Assembly (NCBI RefSeq): GCF_000142905.1
Contig: NW_013657624.1
Span: 1 to 64,000, forward strand
Direction: 5' to 3'
Length of the DNA stretch: 64,000 nt
From: Thecamonas trahens ATCC 50062
Taxonomy: Eukaryota > Protista > Apusomonadida
Part shown: positions 32,437 to 40,936 of the stretch, piece by piece
How positions within the stretch are numbered: the first letter of the stretch is position 1
Layout: each line of letters begins with the position of its first letter
Notes under the pieces: model-generated
Told to the model about the DNA's origin: nothing
The model's database searches: none
What the model saw: only the letters and a program-made list of their open reading frames with translations
Program-made: the position numbers and the translations under genes

Positions 32437-34905
32437 TCATCGTGGGTGTAGGCTTGGGTACGGCGACGACAGCTCCGACGCCGAGACCTCGGGATCAGTT
32501 GGGGCGCGTGGTGGTGGCGTGTTGGTGATGGTGGCGCCGACGGACGAGAAAGCGCCAAAGGCGGGTCGGCTAAAACGAGAGTTGGGCCGGCCGAGGCCAA
32601 AGTCGCGGAGGGCGAGGACCGAGCCGTGGGCCGCCACCGAGTACAGCTCGGCTGGCGGTGAGAGCGACGAGTTGAGCGAGCCGTGCGAGCCCATGGATGA
32701 AGCCCGGGTGATGGGCAAGAGCGATGAGATGCAGTCGAGATACAACGGCGACGGCACCGGCGACGGGAGGAGCGAGACCACCTCCGCCGACGCCACGACC
32801 TGGCCTGGTCGGATGGCCTCGGCCGTCGCCTCGGCAACCTCGAGCACCTCGTCAATCGACGGGACGAGCAGCCGCTCGACGTCCAGACGGTCAGGTAGCA
32901 CGTTGGTGTCGACTGCAACCCGAATCCGGAGGCCACGCCAGACATAGCCGACAGCGTCATGCGTCAACCGCGGGTCGCCGCGAGTCATCTCCACCGGAAC
33001 CGCCGCCGCCGCAGTGTGGCCCAACAGCGCCTCGGGCCACGGTAGCGAGATGAGCTCGTTCTGCAGTGCGACGGCGGCGACGACCGCGTCCAGCGCGGCA
33101 TCGCGCGGAAACGCGCCGGCAAACGTGTGTGCCCGCCATTCGACGCCGTAGCCGCGATGGACTTGTACAATGCGCGAGGCTGCTGCCATGAACAGCCGCC
33201 ATGCCGCATCCATCGGCCCAGGGGCGTCGGCCCAGAGGATGTCGGCGTCGTCGACAATGACCAAAAGTACCACAACTGGTCCGCTGGCTGCTGGCGGTAG
33301 CGTCGTCAACTCGGTCTGGGCCCGTCGCGGCGAGTGAAGCGTGTGTTTGGACGACGCTATCCGCCGCAAGCCCGGGCGCCGGCGCTTAAGCATCTTCCGC
33401 GCCAGAACCACGCAGACGGTAACAGCGAGGACGAGAACGACGCAGCCCGAGATAGAGAGCGAGACCGAAAGCGCAACCGCTGTGAAATCTGAAGAGGACG
33501 ACGAGTCCAGCTCTCCCTCACCTGCTGCCTGCGCCGACAAGCACGTTTCGTTCTTCCCGCCGCACACCCCGCACGCGTCGAGATACGTCGGCGGTGTGCA
33601 CGGGGGCGGTGGTGGGGTCGGCGGCGCTGGGGGCAGTGGCGGCGGTGGGGGCAGTGGCGGCGGTGGTGCCGGTGGACTTGGGAATCCTGAAGGTGTGGTT
33701 GATGGCGGCGACGGTGGCGGTGACGGCGGTGGTGGCGGTGGTGGCGGCGAGAGTGGCGGTGGTGATGGCGGCGGCGACGACGGCGGCGGCGGTGGCGGCG
33801 ATGGGGGCGGCGGTGACGGCGGTGGTGGCGATGGGGGCGGCGATGGGGGCGGTGGCGGCGGCGGCGATGGCGGCGGTGAATACTGAGTCTCACAAAACAC
33901 CCCAGAAGGAGAATAGCTGCCATCGGCGTTGCAGCGGACGCGACCGCCAGGCTCGGCCCCGACAATGGCGCTGTTAGGTGCGGTGCATTCGAGCTCGACA
34001 GTCTTGTTGTACGACGCGGACTTGCTGCCAACAATAGTCACGCCGGTCACAGGCGTGTACTTGGGGCATCCGCGATCCAGGTCGAGGACGAGCGTCATTG
34101 GCGAGCTGAGCCCAATGGTGGCATGCTCAGGCGTCGTCATGGCGTCGGATGCCAACTGGTCATCATCATCGTCGTCAAAATGCCACGGGTGGGCGCGACC
34201 GTAGCCCACATTGCAGCCACGGAAAACAAGCATGAGGTAACGCCCGTCGATGGGTGAGCCAGGCGCGTTGCCCTCGGCCCAGGCGGCGTCCATCAGAGCG
34301 CGCCAGCTGTCACCGCCAAGGAGTGTGGGTGAGCTCGAGCCTGGTACGGTGATCACCGCAGACTCGCGCATGACGGCATAGACCGAGCTCGAGTCAGGCC
34401 AGGTGCTGCCAGACGTAAACGCCTTGTTCTTTCGCGATGGGCTGGTAATGGTGAGCGAGACGTTGATGCAGACCTCGGCTGCATCAAAGGGATATACTCT
34501 CTCGATCAGCACGCCCGAGAGCTCGGTAAAATGCGCCGAAAAAGGCGCAGTCAAGCCCTCAGACGAGGCAGGATCAACTTCCTTGGGCAAGTGAAAACTG
34601 GCCACAATGCCCTCGCCGGCACCGATCTCAGCGCCAAAGCGCTCGATAATCGGATCGCCTGGCAGCCGAAGAACGCCGTACCCCGAGCTATCGTGCTGAA
34701 CAGCCTGGTGGATGCGCGCCGACTCTAAGTTGCGGGTAGAGACCAGCCTCTGCGAGTCTGGATCTGGGTCGCCATAGTTGAAGGCCGGCCGTGGACTCGA
34801 TGGCGCGCCAGCGAGAACGACAGCGGCGAGACTCACAGCCAGCACGATGCACACCTGCAAGCTGTGCGAGCGAGAGGAATGAGATAGTTGCATGACCCGA
34901 GGCAT
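32437..34905 (-). CDS. Single-pass receptor with polyproline stalk and degenerate class III cyclase domain (paralog F, one Cys repeat)
   Basis: Signal VCIVLAVSLAAVVLA, sushi-like C...C...CNADGSYSP...C, long Pro stalk, DACGVCGG, TM, WRGLRIRVAV. Start assigned to ATG 34905. Confidence 0.75.
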   Translation of the reverse strand: MPRVMQLSHSSRSHSLQVCIVLAVSLAAVVLAGAPSSPRPAFNYGDPDPDSQRLVSTRNLESARIHQAVQHDSSGYGVLRLPGDPIIERFGAEIGAGEGIVASFHLPKEVDPASSEGLTAPFSAHFTELSGVLIERVYPFDAAEVCINVSLTITSPSRKNKAFTSGSTWPDSSSVYAVMRESAVITVPGSSSPTLLGGDSWRALMDAAWAEGNAPGSPIDGRYLMLVFRGCNVGYGRAHPWHFDDDDDDQLASDAMTTPEHATIGLSSPMTLVLDLDRGCPKYTPVTGVTIVGSKSASYNKTVELECTAPNSAIVGAEPGGRVRCNADGSYSPSGVFCETQYSPPPSPPPPPPPSPPPSPPPPSPPPPSPPPPPPSSPPPSPPPLSPPPPPPPPSPPPSPPSTTPSGFPSPPAPPPPLPPPPPLPPAPPTPPPPPCTPPTYLDACGVCGGKNETCLSAQAAGEGELDSSSSSDFTAVALSVSLSISGCVVLVLAVTVCVVLARKMLKRRRPGLRRIASSKHTLHSPRRAQTELTTLPPAASGPVVVLLVIVDDADILWADAPGPMDAAWRLFMAAASRIVQVHRGYGVEWRAHTFAGAFPRDAALDAVVAAVALQNELISLPWPEALLGHTAAAAVPVEMTRGDPRLTHDAVGYVWRGLRIRVAVDTNVLPDRLDVERLLVPSIDEVLEVAEATAEAIRPGQVVASAEVVSLLPSPVPSPLYLDCISSLLPITRASSMGSHGSLNSSLSPPAELYSVAAHGSVLALRDFGLGRPNSRFSRPAFGAFSSVGATITNTPPPRAPTDPEVSASELSSPYPSLHPR

Positions 34906-35366
34906 GGTGGTCGCCCTGGTAATCGCCTTGGTAATCGCTTTGGGTATCGCCTTGGTGATCGTCCGGGCGTTAATGCGCCCGAGACCAATGCACAGCGGTT
35001 CAAGACCAACTATTCGCTCAGCTTCCGCAACGATTCGAGGTCCCTTGACCACGACAGACGAACGAGCACGGCTTGATCACCACAGAAGCGAAATCGATCG
35101 AGCACCAGAACACGTGTGTGTGTGGGTGTGTAGGAATATATACGAGGAGACGGAGGGGGGGGGGGGGGGGGGGCTTCCCCTCGCGACTATTGCGTCGCCT
35201 TGATCGTACAAGTCGCCCCGGGCTTCTGCGCCGCTGCACGCGTCGTGGCAGTCAAGATTGCAAATTGTTGCAACTGTTCAGCGTATAATTTGTGGCCGCG
35301 TGAATGACCGATGACTCTATCACAATAGCAGGGGAAGGCGGCAGGGGGGGGGGGGGGAATAGGTGA

Positions 35367-35823
35367 AGCGCGCGTGGGTGGGTGGGGATGGAGGGAGAGG
35401 GAAGGCGAGGGAGAGGTAAGAGTGCTGGCCCGTGGTGGTGGAGTGGTGGTGGAGTGGTGGTGAGAGAGATATGCCAAGGCCCGTTTGGCGTTGGAAGGGT
35501 GGCTGAGGGACTTGAGTCTGGTGGTGGAGCAGGGGCTGGCGACGTGCGGGAGATAGCTGCGGATTCCTTCCGGCGAACAACAACCTGCCCCCCACGAGAA
35601 GGAGCGCGCGTGGGTGGGTGGGGATGGAGGGAGAGGGAAGGCGAGGGAGAGGTAAGAGTGCTGGCCCGTGGTGGTGGAGTGGTGGTGGAGTGGTGGTGAG
35701 AGAGATATGCCAAGGCCTGTTTGGCGTTGGAAGGGTGGCTGAGGGACTTGAGTCTCGTGGTGGAGCAGGGGCTGGCGACGTGCGGGAGATGGCGAACAAC
35801 AACCTGCCCCCCCACGAGAAGGA
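35367..35823. repeat. Tandem duplication of an about 236-bp non-coding unit (2 copies)
   Basis: Copy 1 (35367-35602) and copy 2 (35603-35823) are near identical; copy 2 lacks a short internal segment. Confidence 0.85.
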
Positions 35824-36077
35824 ACAAAAAAAAGTTGCACGACACCCTCCTCACCCGCACATCAAGCTGACAACTCGCACATGCGACTTGCTCTTCACCT
35901 GATCGCCTCGGTCCGGCTTGGGCCAAGTCTCTCTCTCTCTCGCTTTGCACTGTGGCTCTTCTCACCATACAGCCAACTCTGGGCGATTCACCCTCGGCCA
36001 CCACGTGCATACCGCATACACACATACACACACACACACACACACGCGCGCACACACAACAGCCACATCTCCATACA

Positions 36078-37580
36078 ATGTCGGCCTTTGTCCGCGCTGC
36101 ATTGCGGACAGCTCGGTCATTGTCTCGCTCACGGTCTCGCTCACGGTCACCCAGTCCGCGGTCATCGCACTCGGCGTCACACTCATCATCACCACCACCG
36201 TCATCATCATCATCGACATCATCATCAGTAGTGTCTTCATCTCCGGGACAAAATCGGGACGAAACGGTACCTGTATCGAGTGCCTCTGCTCATGGGCTGC
36301 CGCAAGACAACCAACGCCGACGTGTTCATCGCCGTCATCAGAGTCGTCGTCGCCATGGACAAAATCATCATCAGAGCCAAGCGCCGCAGACCAGGTGCAG
36401 CAACAATGGCGACGAGTCGGACGATGAGTGGGTCGTCATCGAGTCGGACGGGGCAGAGTCTGGCTCGGGGATGGCGAGGAACGAGCCATCGCTTCTGCCC
36501 GCCACCGATGTCGCAGCGTCAAGGTCATTCGAGCTGATCGAGACCGACGAGGCGGCCACGATGGCATATGGCTTCAGAGTTACGGTCACCTCCGACGATG
36601 AGTACACTGCGGGTGCGCGACGCGAGGCGGCAGCGGCAGCGGCCTGGGACAAGCTTGGATCGGCCGCGCTCCGTCGCTCGCGCGCCGTTGAGGATGTGGT
36701 GCTCGCATGGGGCATTCCGCCGCATGCTCGCCCGACCGCGTGGCCAGTCTTCTCCTCGGCCGAGGCACTGCAATTGGTATACACCGAGGTGTATGCCAAG
36801 CTGGCTAGCGCAGATGGCGATGCCTGGGTCGGCGCCACCGCCGGCTCGGCCGACGTCGCCCGCATCGACGGCGACCGCGCGCAAATTGAGCTCGATCTCC
36901 GCCGCACATTCCCTACCAACGAGTTCTTTGCCTCGCAGGCTGGACTGGACTCGCTGCGGACCATCCTAGTCGCCTTTGCCCGCTGGTCGCCCATCGGCTA
37001 CTGCCAGTCGCTCAACTACGTCGCCGGCCTCCTCCGTGTCGTTCTCGGCTCGGACGAGCTCGCCTTCTGGTCGCTCGTCCACTTTGTCGAGGACGAGCTC
37101 CTTGGCTACTACACCGAGGGCATGTCGCTGTTCAAGGCCGACTCGGCCCTCATTGGCGAGCTCCTGGCTGAGCTCGAGCCGGAAGCCTCTGCCGTCATCG
37201 ACGCTCTCGGCTTTGACCTCTCCATTGTCACTGCGCCCTGGCTCCTCTGTCTCTACGTCAACACCCTCCCGCTCGCCCATGTTCTTCACGTGTGGGACAT
37301 GGTCATGTACAGCGGCGCGTCCTTCCTCATCCGCGTCGCGCTCGCGCTCCTCTCCGCCCATGCTCCACTCATCACCGCCGCCAGTGACGACTTTGAGGCC
37401 GTCTACCTCGCCCTTACCCAGCTCCCGCTCCTCCCGCCGCCGCACGCCCTTGTCGCCGCCGCCGCAACCATCGATCTCGGCCCCGAGTTTTCCACCCGCC
37501 AGCGCGAGAAGCTCGCTCCCGGAGAGCTCCCGCAGCTCTGCAAAGCCATTGCTGCGCACCGCGCTCACTTTGCTCTGTGA
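36078..37580 (+). CDS. TBC-domain Rab GTPase-activating protein
   Basis: GIPPHARPTAW, IELDLRRTF (IxxDxxR arginine finger), GYCQSLNY (YxQ glutamine finger), WLLCLY and HVWD. Confidence 0.9.
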   Translation: MSAFVRAALRTARSLSRSRSRSRSPSPRSSHSASHSSSPPPSSSSSTSSSVVSSSPGQNRDETVPVSSASAHGLPQDNQRRRVHRRHQSRRRHGQNHHQSQAPQTRCSNNGDESDDEWVVIESDGAESGSGMARNEPSLLPATDVAASRSFELIETDEAATMAYGFRVTVTSDDEYTAGARREAAAAAAWDKLGSAALRRSRAVEDVVLAWGIPPHARPTAWPVFSSAEALQLVYTEVYAKLASADGDAWVGATAGSADVARIDGDRAQIELDLRRTFPTNEFFASQAGLDSLRTILVAFARWSPIGYCQSLNYVAGLLRVVLGSDELAFWSLVHFVEDELLGYYTEGMSLFKADSALIGELLAELEPEASAVIDALGFDLSIVTAPWLLCLYVNTLPLAHVLHVWDMVMYSGASFLIRVALALLSAHAPLITAASDDFEAVYLALTQLPLLPPPHALVAAAATIDLGPEFSTRQREKLAPGELPQLCKAIAAHRAHFAL

Positions 37581-37599
37581 CTCCTCTTTGGTTCTCAAT

Positions 37600-40386
37600 T
37601 TACAGCTGCTGCGGCGACTGCATCGACCGCGCAAGCAGGACCAGCGGCTCTGTCGAGACCGCCCGGCTCCGCGGCGCGCGCCGCTTCTCCGGCGACCGCA
37701 GGTTGGCCGTCGCCGAGCACAGCGCCGCCGTCATCGCGTTCAGCTGCCGCAGCTGCGCCGAAAGGTTTTCGGCTCCTCCCGGACTTCCCGCCGTCGCCTT
37801 GCCTGCCACATGGGCCATCGCCACTGGCGACGGCGACGGCGATGGCGACGGCGACGGCGACGGCGACGGCACCGCGTTCTCGTCACCCGACTGACTCGGC
37901 GACTCGGCGCCCTCGATCTGCTCCGCCAGCACTCGCGTCCGCTCCGCCAGCAGCTGCAGCGTCTGTGAGAGAGACGAGTTTGGCGAGGTAAACTCGTGCG
38001 ACTCGTTGTGGACCGGCGTGCCAGCCGAAGCCGGAGTCGCAGGTGTCGCAGGTGTCGAAGCACGCGACTCGGCCTTGGCCGCCGCCGGCGGTGTCGACGA
38101 CGCCATCGCCGTCAACGACATCAGGTTCTGCAGCTGGAGCGCAAGCAGCGACTCATTGACATCGTCCTCGCCGTCGTCGCCGTCGTCGTCCGCGGCAGCA
38201 GCAGTGAGCTCAACCTCGGGCTGCGCCTCGGGCTGCGGCTCAGGCTGTTGTTCGGGCGCCACCGCCTTGTGCACCTTCTCCATCTCGCGGACAAGGCCGG
38301 GATGGTCCGGAGCGAGCGAGAGGCCACGGCCAAGAACGGCGGCGGCAGCGTCAAAATCGCCGGCCGAAACATGCAGCTTGCCGAGCGCAAGGTATGCCTT
38401 GACATACTCGGGGTTGATGTCAAGCGCCTTGCGCAGGTCCGCTGCCGCCAGCTCAGCGTCGCCCATGTGCATGTAGCACGCACCACGGTTGGCGTACAGC
38501 GCGTGGTCGAGCGGGAACCCGTTTCCGGCCGCCAGCGCCGCCACCAGGCGCAGCGCCGAGTTGTACACCGACATGGCGTCGACGTACGCGCCCTCGGCAA
38601 AGAGCGACGAGCCATCGGCCTTCAGCTCGTCCTTCTCCTCCACAAACTTGGCGAGGAGCTCGTCAAAGGCATCCGATGCCCGCGGGAGCGCAAACAGCGC
38701 TGCCGCCGCAGCCTCGTACCGCGCCGTCTCCAGTAGGATCTCGGCCTTGGACGCCGTGCACACCTGCGCAGCCTGTGCCACTTCGGGCTGGCAAGCCTCA
38801 CCGGCCTCGCCCGCGAGAGCCAACGCCGCGTCGAACGCGCTGAGCGCCGCGTCGTGGGCCCCTAGGATCGAATGCACCGTCCCGAGCTTGGTCTGCAGCC
38901 GGACACGGGTGGCAATCGGCGTGTCGGCCGCCGCCTCGGCCGCCGCTGCGTACGCCGCAGCAGCTGCCTCAAACTGCGAGTCGCGGATAGCGGCATTGCC
39001 GGCCTCCTCGGCCTCGGCCGTCGGCGAGATAGTCGGCGCCACCGGAGCCGCCGACGCCGTCGACGCCAGTGAGTCGTTGTGGAAGAGCGACGAGGCGTCG
39101 GCCGAGGCATCGACCGACGCATCGATATCCGCGCCGGCGCGGACCACCACGCTCAGCTTAATGGTCCGCCACCCGAGCTCCTCGGCAAGCTGGACTGCGT
39201 CGCGGAGTTCCGAGTCTGATCCGAGCTCAATGTCGTCGTCCTCGTCGTCCTTGTACGCCAGCTCGATGCCAGCGCCGCGCGGAGCCTTGATCCGGGTCCG
39301 CACCGACTCGATGAGTTCGATGTACGACTCGCCCGACGCCGAAGCCCGGAACGTCGAGCCGCCGTGCTTAAACTTGAAAAAGTATGTCGTCGAGACCTCG
39401 GCCGAAATGGCCGAGACACCGAGCTCAAAAGGAGCCGGTGGCGAGGTCGGAAGCGCCGCTCCAGAGGTGGAAGCGCCCGGCGCCGGCGTGCCCGGGCCAG
39501 CAGGCGGTGCAAACTCGCGGGCAGGCGTCTGCGGTGCAAGTGACGCCTCCGATGTCAGCTGCAGCATGTCAAGCATGCCGTACGGCCGCTTACCACGCAC
39601 AACTGGGAGGTGGCGGTACTTGCCCTCGAGCATCATTTCCAGCGCCTCCATGGGCGCGGTCGTCGGCGTGACCGTCGTCGGAGATGCGGTCATAACCTCG
39701 GCCAGGGTCGTCGTCGCCAGGTCCTTGCCCGCAACAAGGACTCGAGCGAGCAAGTCGCGCTCGGTAAAGATGCCGACCAACGACGAGGTACCCGGCGCTA
39801 CGACCAGAAGCGCCGACAGCCGGCGGATATCCATGTGGGCGACTGCGCGTGCGACGGGCGCGTCCGACGGGAACAGCAGCGACTTGGCCGCCGCGCCACA
39901 CGCCGCGCCTGCCGTTGCCGTGGATCCAAAGAGCGACGAGGCCCTCGCGGTCTTGTCATAGACCTTGAGCGCGTGCGAGACGCGCCACTTCATGGCCCTT
40001 GCCGACTCTGCCGTCGCGTACGATCCCAGAACAAGATCGTACGTCACCTCGAGCACGTCATGGAGACCAAGCGGAGCGCCAGCGTCATCTACGACCGGAA
40101 GATGGCGATAATGGCCACGATGCATGGCAGCGAGGACTTCATCAAGCGGCGTCTCGGGCGCCACGCTGTCGGGCTCGGGTGTCATGACCGACTCGAGGGT
40201 GGTGCTGTGGAGCTCTGCGCCACGAGCAGCGATGCGGGTAAGGATATCCCGTTCGGTAAGAATTCCCCGCAGTCGTCCGTCCTCACCCACAATGACCACA
40301 GCCGTCGCTCGGCTCTTGGCCATGTATCGTGCCGCGCTTTCCACACGTGTCGTTCCAGAGAACGCCATCGGCTGCGTCACGGGCAT
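37600..40386 (-). CDS. CBS(x4)-PB1-TPR protein
   Basis: Two CBS pairs (GILTERD..YRHLPVV; GIFTERD..YRHLPVV), PB1 (FKFK...YKDDEDDDIELGSDSELRDAV) and TPRs (LKADGSSLF...YANRGACY...LDINPEYVKAY). Confidence 0.85.
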   Translation of the reverse strand: MPVTQPMAFSGTTRVESAARYMAKSRATAVVIVGEDGRLRGILTERDILTRIAARGAELHSTTLESVMTPEPDSVAPETPLDEVLAAMHRGHYRHLPVVDDAGAPLGLHDVLEVTYDLVLGSYATAESARAMKWRVSHALKVYDKTARASSLFGSTATAGAACGAAAKSLLFPSDAPVARAVAHMDIRRLSALLVVAPGTSSLVGIFTERDLLARVLVAGKDLATTTLAEVMTASPTTVTPTTAPMEALEMMLEGKYRHLPVVRGKRPYGMLDMLQLTSEASLAPQTPAREFAPPAGPGTPAPGASTSGAALPTSPPAPFELGVSAISAEVSTTYFFKFKHGGSTFRASASGESYIELIESVRTRIKAPRGAGIELAYKDDEDDDIELGSDSELRDAVQLAEELGWRTIKLSVVVRAGADIDASVDASADASSLFHNDSLASTASAAPVAPTISPTAEAEEAGNAAIRDSQFEAAAAAYAAAAEAAADTPIATRVRLQTKLGTVHSILGAHDAALSAFDAALALAGEAGEACQPEVAQAAQVCTASKAEILLETARYEAAAAALFALPRASDAFDELLAKFVEEKDELKADGSSLFAEGAYVDAMSVYNSALRLVAALAAGNGFPLDHALYANRGACYMHMGDAELAAADLRKALDINPEYVKAYLALGKLHVSAGDFDAAAAVLGRGLSLAPDHPGLVREMEKVHKAVAPEQQPEPQPEAQPEVELTAAAADDDGDDGEDDVNESLLALQLQNLMSLTAMASSTPPAAAKAESRASTPATPATPASAGTPVHNESHEFTSPNSSLSQTLQLLAERTRVLAEQIEGAESPSQSGDENAVPSPSPSPSPSPSPSPVAMAHVAGKATAGSPGGAENLSAQLRQLNAMTAALCSATANLRSPEKRRAPRSRAVSTEPLVLLARSMQSPQQL

Positions 40387-40936
40387 GACGGGTGGTAGCA
40401 GTCAGAGTGTATGAGGGAGGATGAAGATAGCCTTGGCCGTGGAAGGAGAAGGCGTGACGTCGGTGTTGCTGAGGGTATTCGGGTGGGGCAGAGTGCGGTG
40501 TGGCGCGGGGAAGGGGTGGCGGGGCGGGGCGGGGCGGGGGCGGGGTGAGGGGGGGGGGAAGAGGGCTGTTTTGGCGCCATTTTGTTCAAATTATTCAAAA
40601 GTTAATAACGCATGGCTGGTCGGCGGCGGTCGGGTCGACTCACTCACTCGCCGCCGTGCCAGCACGCCAATTGAAGCCAGCAATTCTCTGCTTGGCTGTG
40701 GAATCTTCCTCACACTCTATACCATGACCATACATATAAACCCATCTTCGACATCTCTCATCGCGCGCCAGAGATCGTCATCAAGTGGGTATGTGTGGGC
40801 TACTGCTCCTCCGGAGCCGACGGTGTCGACCCCATCGGAGCTCTAAGCTTTGCATCGCTGAGCCGGCCGCATGTACTAGCGATCCTTTGGCATCCGCCAA
40901 TGGTAGGTAGCTGACTGGTCAGCAAGCACGTGGCGG

